In this document: positions 43,833 to 53,398 of the stretch, piece after piece
How positions within the stretch are numbered: the first letter of the stretch is position 1
How the letters are laid out: every line of letters starts with the position of its first letter
Program-made: the position numbers and the translations under genes
From: a virus
Direction: 5' to 3' (one strand)
IMG/VR virus record: IMGVR_UViG_3300002641_001608
Length of the DNA: 64,000 nt
Notes under the pieces: model-generated
The model's input: only the letters and a program-made list of their open reading frames with translations
Told to the model about the DNA's origin: nothing
Database searches by the model: none

Positions 43833-45444
43833 GTATGGAAATGATGGAATAGTAAGGGGAATAGACACAGTTGCAAATATAGTAAAAACAACTGTAGGAC
43901 CTAAAGGTAGAAATGTATTAGTAAGAAATCAAATAAGTGCACCTATAATTACAAATGATGGTGTAACAATAGCCAAATCAATTGAATTAAAAGATAATAC
44001 AGAAGATGCTGGTGCACAACTAATAATTCAAGCTGCAAAGAAAACAAATGATGTTGCAGGAGATGGAACTACAACAACTACAATATTAGCACAAGAAATG
44101 ATACATCAATTTAATAACTTAGTTAAAGATGCAGAAAATGGTTCATTTAATGTAGTACAAATACAAAAAGAAATGTTAAAAGCAAGTGAAGATATTAGTG
44201 AATATTTAAAATCAGTAGCAATACCTGTAACAGATATTGAAAGTATTGAAAAAGTTGCAACTGTTTCAAGTGGTAGTGCAGAAACAGGTAAGCTGATAGC
44301 TAAAGCATTTGAGAGTGCTGGAGAATATGGTAGTGTTATTGTTGAAGATAGTAAAACAGGTATGGATAATTTAGTATCAATACAAGGTATGAAATTAACT
44401 AATGGAAGTGTAACCCCATTTTTATTGAAAGATAGAAAAACAGGTAAATCAGATATGATGGATGTTAGTGTATTGGTAACAAAGGATAAAATTGATAGTG
44501 TTACAGATATGTTCAAGGTATTAGATGAATGTATAAATGCTAATAAAAAACTATTAGTAATATGTGATGATATTGAATTTGAACCATTAAATATGATATT
44601 AGCTAATAAGGCTAGAGGTATTCCAGTTGATGTATCGATAATTAGATTACCAGCTTTTGGTGAATTAAGAGAACAGTTAGTTGAAGATATATGTATAGCA
44701 ACTGGTGCAACTTTAATGGGCAGAGATATTAGCAGAACTTTAAAAGATTTTACATTAGATTATTTAGGTGAAGCAGAACAAGTAACAGTAACGATGGATG
44801 ACAGTGTTATAAAATTTAAAGATGTGTCATCTACCGGTGTTAATTTAATGGGTGCTAGACAAGAAAGAGTTTCAGAATTAATGGAACAACAAAAGAAAGT
44901 TAGCACAGACCAACAAGAACAATATAATAGGCGTATATCTAATTTAATAAGTGGTATATCTATACTTGAAGTTGGAGGTAACTCTGATGTAGAAGTAGCA
45001 GATAGAAAACTTAGAATAGAAGATGCTATAAATTCAGTACAATCAGCTATGGAAGAAGGTATTGTAGCTGGTGGTGGTTATAGCTTTTTATCAGCAGTTA
45101 TAAAAGTATCAGAAGAAAAAAGAAACGGTACTGCTGGTGAAAAAATAGTATATGATGCTCTACCTGCTGTAACAAGACAAATAGCTGAAAATGCTGGTTT
45201 TGATGGAGAATTAGTTTTAGCTAATTGTTATAATAAACATTTAGGGTTTAATGCACTTACAGGTGAATATGAAGATTTAGTTAAATCTGGTGTTATAAAT
45301 GCTGTTAAAGTAGATAGATATAGTTTAATTAATGCAACATCAGTAGCATCTACAGTAATAACAATGGGTGGAAGTATTGTTGAAGAAAATGAACCTGAAA
45401 ATAATATACTACAATTACAAGCACCGATGACAAGTTTGATGTAG
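43816..45444 (+). CDS. groEL: GroEL-like chaperonin
   Basis: VGPKGRNVLVRNQISAPIITNDGVTIAKSIEL; AGDGTTTTTILAQ; EEGIVAGGGYSFL. Confidence 0.92.
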   Translation: MSKEIKYGNDGIVRGIDTVANIVKTTVGPKGRNVLVRNQISAPIITNDGVTIAKSIELKDNTEDAGAQLIIQAAKKTNDVAGDGTTTTTILAQEMIHQFNNLVKDAENGSFNVVQIQKEMLKASEDISEYLKSVAIPVTDIESIEKVATVSSGSAETGKLIAKAFESAGEYGSVIVEDSKTGMDNLVSIQGMKLTNGSVTPFLLKDRKTGKSDMMDVSVLVTKDKIDSVTDMFKVLDECINANKKLLVICDDIEFEPLNMILANKARGIPVDVSIIRLPAFGELREQLVEDICIATGATLMGRDISRTLKDFTLDYLGEAEQVTVTMDDSVIKFKDVSSTGVNLMGARQERVSELMEQQKKVSTDQQEQYNRRISNLISGISILEVGGNSDVEVADRKLRIEDAINSVQSAMEEGIVAGGGYSFLSAVIKVSEEKRNGTAGEKIVYDALPAVTRQIAENAGFDGELVLANCYNKHLGFNALTGEYEDLVKSGVINAVKVDRYSLINATSVASTVITMGGSIVEENEPENNILQLQAPMTSLM

Positions 45445-45468
45445 TATTGATGAATTGAGGTAGATGTT

Positions 45469-45642
45469 ATGGGAGAAGAACCAAAATATATTAGATGCAA
45501 AAGATGTAATAGAGTATTAAAAAGTGAAAATGCTCAGTATAGAGGTTATGGAGAACATTGTTGGAAAATTTATATGCAAGAGCAACAATCAAGAAATACT
45601 TTATTTGACCTGAGTAATAAGGAGGTTAAAGATGAACATTAA
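45469..45642 (+). CDS. small Cys-containing protein
   Basis: MGEEPKYIRCKRCNRVLKSENAQYRGYGEHCWKIY. Confidence 0.5.
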   Translation: MGEEPKYIRCKRCNRVLKSENAQYRGYGEHCWKIYMQEQQSRNTLFDLSNKEVKDEH

Positions 45643-45922
45643 TATATCTGTATTTATTATAATTTTTGGAATTATTTTTATATTTTTACTTTTAGTTTTG
45701 TTAATTTTATGCTATATTAAATATAAAGGAGTTAAAAATTTGTATGAACAAGATAAGTCAATTTGGCTATTTACTAAAAATAAGTTTTCACTAATTGAAA
45801 GCCATTTTAGGGAATATAAAGAAGGTAAAAATCCTTTTACAGTTCTCAGAGATATAGGTGAGGTAATATATGCAGGTATATTACCTACAAAAATAAATAA
45901 GGATAATAATGCCAAAGAGTAA
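45632..45922 (+). CDS. small membrane protein
   Basis: N-terminal hydrophobic helix. Confidence 0.5.
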   Translation: MNINISVFIIIFGIIFIFLLLVLLILCYIKYKGVKNLYEQDKSIWLFTKNKFSLIESHFREYKEGKNPFTVLRDIGEVIYAGILPTKINKDNNAKE

Positions 45923-46472
45923 TAAAATAACTCCAAGTATAATATTAACAATAAATACACATAATTATTTAAATATACCCATAATTATAACAGATAAAAT
46001 TGGTACAATATTATATATGACAAATGTAACAAAAATAGGTTCAAATTACAGTATACGAAAAAATATAATTAATACAATTGATACATTATGCAATGAATAT
46101 AACATAGATACAATAATATTAGAACAAAGTAAGTTGTTTTTAGATAAAATAGATAGATTTCCAGACCCATATGTTATGCGTAACATAACACTTGAGTTTG
46201 GTATACAGATAGCAATTGAAGATGCATATTGGAATAAATTTGTTATTTTGTCATTTGCTGAATATGAGTGGAAACAAGAAGTTCTAGGTAAGTTTAAAGC
46301 AAAGTATGCCATTGATTTATATAAATCACATATATTACACAGAGGTGATATACCTAAAAAGCAACTTATTATCATAGATGAACAAAATTATTATGAAGCT
46401 GTTTGTTTAAGTGAATGTGTATTATCTGATAAATTGATGAATAAAAAGTATCAGGTAAACAAAGGAGATTAG
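45909..46472 (+). CDS. RuvC-like Holliday junction resolvase (putative)
   Basis: YNIDTIILEQSK; IAIEDAYWN; RNase H-like arrangement. Confidence 0.45.
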   Translation: MPKSNKITPSIILTINTHNYLNIPIIITDKIGTILYMTNVTKIGSNYSIRKNIINTIDTLCNEYNIDTIILEQSKLFLDKIDRFPDPYVMRNITLEFGIQIAIEDAYWNKFVILSFAEYEWKQEVLGKFKAKYAIDLYKSHILHRGDIPKKQLIIIDEQNYYEAVCLSECVLSDKLMNKKYQVNKGD

Positions 46473-46476
46473 TAAG

Positions 46477-46899
46477 TTGAAGAAGGATGAATTAAGTAGA
46501 AAAATAAACAAAGTTTTGAATGAAAAAGAAACTTTTTTATTAAGTTTGATGATGTTAGTTCATATGCGTGATGATGATAAGTATAAAGACATATCGGAGT
46601 TGATATTTTTATTTGATAATTATGATGGTTTTAAGCAATTTATAAAGTACTATGAAGGACATACTATAAATGTTCCTACAGTTAAAGAGGTGAAGGGTGC
46701 TTTAAGGTTATTGAATTTATTTCAAAAAGTTTATATAGACCAGAAGGATTTTGATGATACTTATGGTCAATTAAAGCTTTATGATTTAGGATTGACTAAA
46801 GAGTATTGTAGTGGTGAATTGGAAAGGTTTAAAAAATATTTACAAGATGATGGTGCAGAAACACTTAAACAACTTAGAAAATTATCTAAATTAAAGTGA
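46477..46899 (+). CDS. hypothetical protein
   Basis: ORF. Confidence 0.5.
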   Translation: MKKDELSRKINKVLNEKETFLLSLMMLVHMRDDDKYKDISELIFLFDNYDGFKQFIKYYEGHTINVPTVKEVKGALRLLNLFQKVYIDQKDFDDTYGQLKLYDLGLTKEYCSGELERFKKYLQDDGAETLKQLRKLSKLK

Positions 46900-46908
46900 T
46901 GGTTTGAG

Positions 46909-47202
46909 ATGAAGATAAAAAAATTTAGAACCAGTTCAGCTACAATAGATTATATAATTGCTGATTTTACATTGAATAGAATATCAAATAAAGATTTATG
47001 TTTTATGAAGTGTGTTAGTGAAAGAATTACACGATTAAATAATGAGTATAATGAGAAGGTTGATAAAATTTTGAATTTTATTATAATGCACTGTAATTAT
47101 AGTAATTTACCTATAGATATTATATCTAGATTAATATATTCATTATCTAAAGTAACTAATGCATTATCGAAGGGAATTTTAGCTATAATTAAGGAGAATT
47201 GA
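46909..47202 (+). CDS. hypothetical protein
   Basis: ORF. Confidence 0.5.
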   Translation: MKIKKFRTSSATIDYIIADFTLNRISNKDLCFMKCVSERITRLNNEYNEKVDKILNFIIMHCNYSNLPIDIISRLIYSLSKVTNALSKGILAIIKEN

Positions 47203-47206
47203 TGTT

Positions 47207-48199
47207 ATGCTTTTAGTAAAATATACAAAGCTAAATTTGTCGACTTTTGTAACTAAGTATAGTGACAAGGTTAAAGAGTTTAAAGTAACCACACGAGATA
47301 ACAGTAATTGGCTGATTGAGATGATTGAAAGTATTAAGCAAGCTCAAGGTGAAAATGATATTGTGATTGTAGATTATTTGAAAGAGCTTATTTTAAGTTT
47401 TAATGCATTAAAAATTAGTTACAAACTTGTATATCCTCTTACAATATCAAATGAGGAATATTTGACAAATAAAGAAGAATGTGATGTGTTTAAGGAACTT
47501 GCTAATGATGATAATTCTATAATAGTAGAGGATGTTACTAAATTTGAGGTTTATCTAGCTAATGACTTTGATTGGATTAATATAGTTAAAGAGGACAATA
47601 AGTTAAATGATGGAAAATTGGTCACATCCGATGAGAAGCAACTTAGTAGTAAAGATAATACATTCCATCAAAACTTAACATTACAAGAATTAATTGATGA
47701 TAATACAATTATAACAGAAGCTGATGTGAGAGAATTAAAGTCACTTACAAATAAATTTAAGGTTGCTATGATGTTGCAGGCTAAATCAAGATTAAATACG
47801 GTTTTAAGCTTGTGTTCAACATTGGATAAGTTATATGCTGAATTAGTAAAAAGAGTAGACCTTAGTGTTACAACGACTGATACAGCTAGTTTAATGTATA
47901 CAGCTGATTATATATCAAAGGCTTTAAATGATACAAATCAATTTATAATGTCCTTAATAACCAGTGAAAAACTACAAAATTTTTTCATTATTGATAATAG
48001 TAATGTTATCATAAGTGATGATAGGGTGGATATAGATAAAAGAGAAAAAATAAGAAAAGCTGCCGAGATTGTAATGGATAACATAGATTATTTTGCTCAA
48101 GGTCAGTATGATAATATAAAAGACCCTAATAATATCGAGGTTGAAGGGGAAGTAAGTGAGGTAATAGATAATGCCAAAGATGGAACCAAGTCAGTTTGA
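47207..48199 (+). CDS. hypothetical protein
   Basis: 330-aa ORF. Confidence 0.6.
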   Translation: MLLVKYTKLNLSTFVTKYSDKVKEFKVTTRDNSNWLIEMIESIKQAQGENDIVIVDYLKELILSFNALKISYKLVYPLTISNEEYLTNKEECDVFKELANDDNSIIVEDVTKFEVYLANDFDWINIVKEDNKLNDGKLVTSDEKQLSSKDNTFHQNLTLQELIDDNTIITEADVRELKSLTNKFKVAMMLQAKSRLNTVLSLCSTLDKLYAELVKRVDLSVTTTDTASLMYTADYISKALNDTNQFIMSLITSEKLQNFFIIDNSNVIISDDRVDIDKREKIRKAAEIVMDNIDYFAQGQYDNIKDPNNIEVEGEVSEVIDNAKDGTKSV

Positions 48200-48912
48200 T
48201 TGTGATAATATGGAAGTTCGGAGATGTAGTATTTGTTAGAAATGTTAGTAGAATTTATAAATTTATTAGAAAATGGTTTATGAAGGATAAATCTAAAATA
48301 AAAGTTAGGCGTAATTGGGTTCAGCCAATCCAATATGATGAGTATTATCAAGAGGATTGTACTTTAATATATGCATATGAAGTTGCTTGTATTCAAAAGT
48401 ATGAAAATGTTTTAGGTAATATTAGTAGAGATATAAATGCTTCAAAATATAAAACAATTAACTTACCATTAATTCAAGTAGGACTATATAATACTCAAAT
48501 AGTTATTAATAAACATTTAACATTAACAGTACCTACATACTATTTCCACAAAGCTATAGATAATAATACAGAGAAGTTGCGACAGATAGAAGATGGCAGA
48601 AAAGTACAAGATGCTATAAAATATCAAAAATATAGGGGGAGCTATTTTTCTAAACGAGCCAAGGATTATGGTATTACATCGTGGTCACCTGTATATTGTT
48701 CTATATGTGGAGAGCCTGTTGAGTTTGAGTTTTTAGATAATAAAGTTATAATACATAATCATTGTAAATGTGGTACTTTGGATTTTCCTTTAGAGGATAT
48801 TTCATATGATGAATTTTCATTGTGGTATACAAATCAGGTGACTAACCATAAATCTGTAAGAGATTACTATGCTAGTATATGGTTTGAGGAGAGGGATAAA
48901 CTTGACAAGTAA
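48196..48912 (+). CDS. hypothetical protein with C-terminal Zn-ribbon-like CxxC...CxC
   Basis: CSICGEPVEFEFLDNKVIIHNHCKCG. Confidence 0.55.
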   Translation: MIVIIWKFGDVVFVRNVSRIYKFIRKWFMKDKSKIKVRRNWVQPIQYDEYYQEDCTLIYAYEVACIQKYENVLGNISRDINASKYKTINLPLIQVGLYNTQIVINKHLTLTVPTYYFHKAIDNNTEKLRQIEDGRKVQDAIKYQKYRGSYFSKRAKDYGITSWSPVYCSICGEPVEFEFLDNKVIIHNHCKCGTLDFPLEDISYDEFSLWYTNQVTNHKSVRDYYASIWFEERDKLDK

Positions 48913-49279
48913 GGATTTAGAAAATAGGTTTAAGGAATTACAAAAAGATGGTAAATTATGTTGTACAGAAAATGAGTTTAATGATTTCATTGGATATGGG
49001 TTATTGCTTAGTACAGGTAACTCATATGTGAGTAGGTATGGAAATAAATTAGATGTGCAAGTGTTGAAACAAAAAGAATTAAGATTAAATATAAATTTAT
49101 CTTATTTTGTTCAAAATAGTAAAGATTTGTTATTAAATAGTAATACTAATAAACTGTATTGTATGTCGAGTAGTACTTTACAAAAGTATAAGGATATGGG
49201 ATATATAATAGAAGTTAAGGGTAAACAATATTATAGACTTTTTGCAAATGAATTATGGTTAGTGTATATAATAAAGTAA
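48902..49279 (+). CDS. hypothetical protein
   Basis: ORF at 48869..49279; likely start overlaps preceding stop. Confidence 0.45.
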   Translation: MTSKDLENRFKELQKDGKLCCTENEFNDFIGYGLLLSTGNSYVSRYGNKLDVQVLKQKELRLNINLSYFVQNSKDLLLNSNTNKLYCMSSSTLQKYKDMGYIIEVKGKQYYRLFANELWLVYIIK

Positions 49280-49355
49280 TTTTATTTACATTTTTTAAAT
49301 TTACTGTTGACTTTTTAAAAATAATTTTATATAATGTGTAGCAGAGAGGTAGATT

Positions 49356-50153
49356 ATGAATGAAGAACAAATCAATACAATGTGGGAAGAGTTTAAGTCT
49401 TTGTTAATTAGTACTAATAGAGAAAATATGGAAAGTTTTATATCTTGGTTAGATACTACAGACTTTAAATACGCTCCAGCGAGTACACAATATCACGGAG
49501 CATATAGAGGTGGATTGTTACAACATTCATTAAATGTTTATCATTGTCTAGGAGATTTTAAAACTTGGATAGATTTTATGGAAATCCCACAAGATACATT
49601 AATTATTACAGCATTATTACACGATATATGTAAGATAGATAGTTATGTTGAGAGTACGAGAAATGTAAAAGATGAAACAGGTCAATGGGTAACCGTACCA
49701 TATTTTCAATATGATGAACTATTGCCTTGGGGACACGGACAAAAAAGTGTAATACTCATATTACAACACGGAATATATTTAAATAATACAGAAATTAGTA
49801 TGATAGTAAATCATATGGGATATACTGAAAATGATGACCCAAGAAGGGTTGGTAAATTATTTAGAGTGTGTCCACAGAGTAATTTATTGCATCAAGCAGA
49901 TGTAGAAGCTACAACTATGTTTGAGAGTTATGACGGACCTAAAAGATTTATAGAGAAAATAAAGTCTGGTGGAAAAAATTTGACTGAATGTATGAAATTA
50001 GCTAGTAAACCAAAAACTATAGTAATAGATAATATGGAATATGAGTTAGCAAAAGATGATGAAGTTGTAGATGATATAAATGTAATAGAGTTATTACATA
50101 ATGGTCAGAAAGTAAAGGTATATGCACCTTATTCTGATGGATTACCATTTTAA
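49356..50153 (+). CDS. HD-domain phosphohydrolase/exoribonuclease-like protein
   Basis: GLLQHSLNVYHCLGDF...ALLHDICKIDSY. Confidence 0.75.
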   Translation: MNEEQINTMWEEFKSLLISTNRENMESFISWLDTTDFKYAPASTQYHGAYRGGLLQHSLNVYHCLGDFKTWIDFMEIPQDTLIITALLHDICKIDSYVESTRNVKDETGQWVTVPYFQYDELLPWGHGQKSVILILQHGIYLNNTEISMIVNHMGYTENDDPRRVGKLFRVCPQSNLLHQADVEATTMFESYDGPKRFIEKIKSGGKNLTECMKLASKPKTIVIDNMEYELAKDDEVVDDINVIELLHNGQKVKVYAPYSDGLPF

Positions 50154-50166
50154 GGGGAGTAATGAT

Positions 50167-50313
50167 ATGGAAGAACAAGAAAATAATATTTTATTTCATA
50201 TAACACTAGACCAAGCTGAAACAATAGCAAAACATTTTGGTAGAGACATCAATGATTTAGAAGAATATGAAATATGTGAATTATTAGATAAAATTATAGA
50301 TGAGGAATTATAG
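50167..50313 (+). CDS. small hypothetical protein
   Basis: MEEQENNILFHITLDQAETIAKHFG. Confidence 0.45.
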   Translation: MEEQENNILFHITLDQAETIAKHFGRDINDLEEYEICELLDKIIDEEL

Positions 50314-50336
50314 TAATGTAAAATATTACTATATAT

Positions 50337-50413
50337 GCCACTTTAGCTCAGTTGGTAGTAGCGACGCACTTGTAATGCGTAGGTCGTCTGTTCAAATCAG
50401 ACAAGTGGCTCCA
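50337..50413 (+). tRNA. tRNA-Thr(TGT), CCA encoded
   Basis: gccactt/aagtggc acceptor; acgca-cttgtaa-tgcgt anticodon arm; gtctg-ttcaaat-cagac T-arm. Confidence 0.93.
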
Positions 50414-50440
50414 AAAATCATAGTCAACATTCAGAGGTTG

Positions 50441-50507
50441 GTCGCTTCGGTTTATCCGTATATAGTAAACCCCAGACTGTGTACTGAACTATAGCAGTAA
50501 AAGCGAC
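50441..50507 (+). ncRNA. tRNA-like element with non-canonical internal fold
   Basis: 7-bp closing stem gtcgctt/aagcgac; tactg-aactatag-cagta hairpin; ggttta-tccgtatatag-taaacc hairpin; no standard D/anticodon arm. Confidence 0.4.
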
Positions 50508-50517
50508 ATCAATATAT

Positions 50518-50591
50518 AGCGGAGGTGGTGCAATGGTAGCACGATAGGTTCATACCCTATAGACGAGGTTCGACCCCTACGTCCGCAACCA
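50518..50591 (+). tRNA. tRNA-like, anticodon CAT, with shortened/imperfect variable and T-arm region
   Basis: gtgc-aatggta-gcac D-arm; atagg-ttcatac-cctat anticodon arm; ttcgacc T-loop; imperfect acceptor gcggag/gtccgc; ends acca. Confidence 0.5.
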
Positions 50592-50642
50592 TTGGGAATA
50601 ATTACCTAGCAACATTTGCTAGAAGTCGACTGACCCAAACCA
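50592..50642 (+). ncRNA. very short tRNA-like stem-loop with CCA end
   Basis: ttggg/cccaa stem, ctagc-aacattt-gctag 7-nt-loop hairpin, 3' acca. Confidence 0.3.
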
Positions 50643-50977
50643 AGTGGCTGATATACCTACTGTACACGTATATCCATTAACTTTGCTTGGAATAGCAAAG
50701 GCTTATATAAGTTTGGCTCTTTTGTAGTGAGAGAGTGCGGAGTAAGGTGGTACCATAACTTATTCTACGAGGGCTGATAAGTATATAAACAGCCTTAGGT
50801 AGTTTGATATAAATGCGGATATGTTGTGTTTATATTAGATTATGCGAAAGCTTTTTGTTTAGCGATTTGGTTTTAGATAGTTTAAACTCAAAGGCAGAGT
50901 TTAGTTTTATGTAGTATAGTTTTCTATGTACTCCGAACAATGAAAACTCGCTTTTTTATTTATGAGGTGTTTGGTGG

Positions 50978-51508
50978 ATGGAAGTGTGGCGTGATTTAAT
51001 ATATCAGGGTAACGATTATGGATATAGGTTTGAAGTATCTACAAATGGAAAATTAAGGAATAAAATTACAGGTACGGTATATAAATTGAATATTATCGGT
51101 GATGGGTATTTTGGCTCAGTAGTATCTCTTGGTGCTGGTAAGGGCAAAAAGAGTATAAAGATACATAGGGCTGTAGCTGAGACATTTATAAGTAACCCCG
51201 ATAATAAACCACAAGTAAATCATATAGATGGTAATAAGTCACATAATTATGTTGCTAATTTAGAGTGGGTTACAAATAAAGAAAATTCAATACACGCAAT
51301 TAGGATGGGATTACGTTCCTCGGAAAGTACTAGAGGTATGTGTAATATAAATGCGAAATTAACAAATGACGATGTTAGATATATTAGAAAGGTTTATGTG
51401 CCTAGACATAAAGAGTATGGTGTTAGAGCTTTATCTCGTAAGTTCGGTGTAAGTCATTTTATTATATCAAAGATAGTAAATAATATGCGATGGAGACATA
51501 TAAAATAA
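50978..51508 (+). CDS. HNH homing endonuclease
   Basis: KIHRAVAETFISNPDNKPQVNHIDGNKSHNYVANLEWVTNKENSIHAIRMG. Confidence 0.9.
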   Translation: MEVWRDLIYQGNDYGYRFEVSTNGKLRNKITGTVYKLNIIGDGYFGSVVSLGAGKGKKSIKIHRAVAETFISNPDNKPQVNHIDGNKSHNYVANLEWVTNKENSIHAIRMGLRSSESTRGMCNINAKLTNDDVRYIRKVYVPRHKEYGVRALSRKFGVSHFIISKIVNNMRWRHIK

Positions 51509-51514
51509 ATATAT

Positions 51515-51592
51515 GGCTGTGTAGACAAACTGGTTAAAGTCACTTGCCTTTCACGCAAGAACTTGGGGGTTCAAGTCCCCCCACAGTCACCA
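51515..51592 (+). tRNA. tRNA-Glu(TTC), CCA encoded
   Basis: ggctgtg/cacagtc; cttgc-ctttcac-gcaag; ggggg-ttcaagt-ccccc; cca. Confidence 0.95.
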
Positions 51593-51617
51593 GATTTATA
51601 TATAGGAGGTATATGAT

Positions 51618-51915
51618 AATGGTTTTATCAGGAGAGGATAAAGATTTAAAATTAGTTGTAGTAAATTGTGATTGTGGTTGTGATGAAGAGATACATATTA
51701 AAAAATATGTTGATGATGTATCATCAGATTACTATATTACTATAAGTGAAAGTAAATTTTATTCAAAACAAGGTGGTATATTACGTAGAATAAAAAACAG
51801 GATGAAATGTGTATGGAAAGCTATTAGAGGTAAAGAATATTTATTATGTGACATAAATATTACGGAAAAACATATAGATGATTTAATTAAAGCTTTAGAG
51901 GAAATTAAAAAATGA
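51618..51915 (+). CDS. hypothetical protein
   Basis: ORF with AGGAGG; start at MIMVLSGEDKD. Confidence 0.5.
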
Positions 51916-52370
51916 AAAATGTAGATATGATTTTTATACATCTAGGTCATCCAAAATTTAATTTAAATTTATTTCAAAATATATCTAATGATAGAGAATG
52001 GGTTAAACCGAGAGGTGGTTTATGGGCATCACCACTAAATGCAAAATTTGGTTGGAAAGATTGGATAACAACTAATAATTTTGAGTTAGATAAATATAAT
52101 CAAGATAGTTTTATATTTAAGTTATCTGATAGTGCTAAGATATTGTACATAGATACTGCTGATAAACTAGATGATTTGCCAAAAGGTACTAATATAATAG
52201 GTGATATGTTGCACAGTTGGATTGTATTGGATTTTGAAAAGTTGGCTGAAGAATATGATGCTATGCTTGTATTAATTAGTAATGATTTTAAATTATATTG
52301 GGATTTATATGGTTGGGATTGTGATACTTTATTGGTATTTAATCCAGATGTAATAGAGGAGGTAGATTAA
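51912..52370 (+). CDS. hypothetical protein
   Basis: ORF. Confidence 0.5.
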   Translation: MKNVDMIFIHLGHPKFNLNLFQNISNDREWVKPRGGLWASPLNAKFGWKDWITTNNFELDKYNQDSFIFKLSDSAKILYIDTADKLDDLPKGTNIIGDMLHSWIVLDFEKLAEEYDAMLVLISNDFKLYWDLYGWDCDTLLVFNPDVIEEVD

Positions 52371-52931
52371 TGAATATTTATTTTGACACAGAGTTTACCC
52401 GGTTTATATAAGGATGCAAAATTGATAAGTATCGGGCTAATAAGTGATGATGGTAGAGAGTTTTATGCAGAATTTACAGATATAGATGTTAATTCACAAG
52501 ATGATTGGATAAAACAAAATGTTTTAGTAAATACTGCATATTATGGGAATAAAGATATAAAGGGTATAACTGATAGCAATAATTATTATATTGGTGATAA
52601 GACTATAATACAAAAATATCTGAAGGAGTGGTTGTTGCAGTTTGGTGATATTCAACTAATATCAGATGTGTGTCATTATGATATGGTTTTATTTATAGAT
52701 ATATTTGGAAGTGCATTTGATTTACCAGAAAATGTGTGTGCAAGTTGTCACGATATAAATCAAGATATAGCAGCATATTATATGATAGATGAGAAGACGG
52801 CATTTGATTTTAATAGGGAACAGATTATCGAAGATAATGAAATTTTTGTTGAAGGTGAAAAACATAATGCATTATATGATGCAAAGGTAATAAAAGAATT
52901 ATATGTTAATATTTTGCAAAAATGCATCTAA
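52370..52931 (+). CDS. DnaQ-like/3'-5' exoribonuclease-like nuclease, one +1 shift at CGG 52400
   Basis: MNIYFDTEFT-(C)-GLYKDAKLISIGLISDDGREFYAEF...HNALYDAKVIKELY. Confidence 0.85.
52400..52402 (+). other. in-frame CGG +1 shift site (ACC CGG U)
   Basis: Restores FDTEFTGL. Confidence 0.95.
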
Positions 52932-53047
52932 TTTTTATAGTTACATCTATAAAAATATAGGTGTATTTTTATGCCTGAATTAAATACATTTGTTTGGTTA
53001 AAATGGCTAAAATACAGTTATAGCAAGGGTTTGTCAAAAATTAAAAT

Positions 53048-53076
53048 TTGACAAATTTGGAAAAGTGTGGTATAAT
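53048..53076 (+). promoter_or_regulatory. consensus sigma70-type promoter
   Basis: TTGACA-17 nt-TATAAT. Confidence 0.9.
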
Positions 53077-53123
53077 ATATATAGAGAGTATCTCTCAAAT
53101 AATATAATGAAAGGAGAAATTTT

Positions 53124-53363
53124 ATGGAAAAGTATAGACCACAATACCGAGTTAGGGTTGAAAATAATTATGGCGGTAAACAGGCTATTATGTTAGAGGT
53201 ATATGATGAAGAGTATGATTGTTTTGGAATGATGAAAGCATATCCTGTTGAGAATTTTGCTAAAAATGATAAGCTTGCACAAATGTTACTTAATAACTTA
53301 CATAATATATTTGCTGATAAAAATGCCAAAGTTAAAATAGAAACTGTAAATGTGGATGAATAA
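53124..53363 (+). CDS. small hypothetical protein
   Basis: ORF with GGAG RBS and strong upstream promoter. Confidence 0.65.
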   Translation: MEKYRPQYRVRVENNYGGKQAIMLEVYDEEYDCFGMMKAYPVENFAKNDKLAQMLLNNLHNIFADKNAKVKIETVNVDE

Positions 53364-53398
53364 TCTTCCACATCTATAGTATAAGGAGGTGAGTTTAA

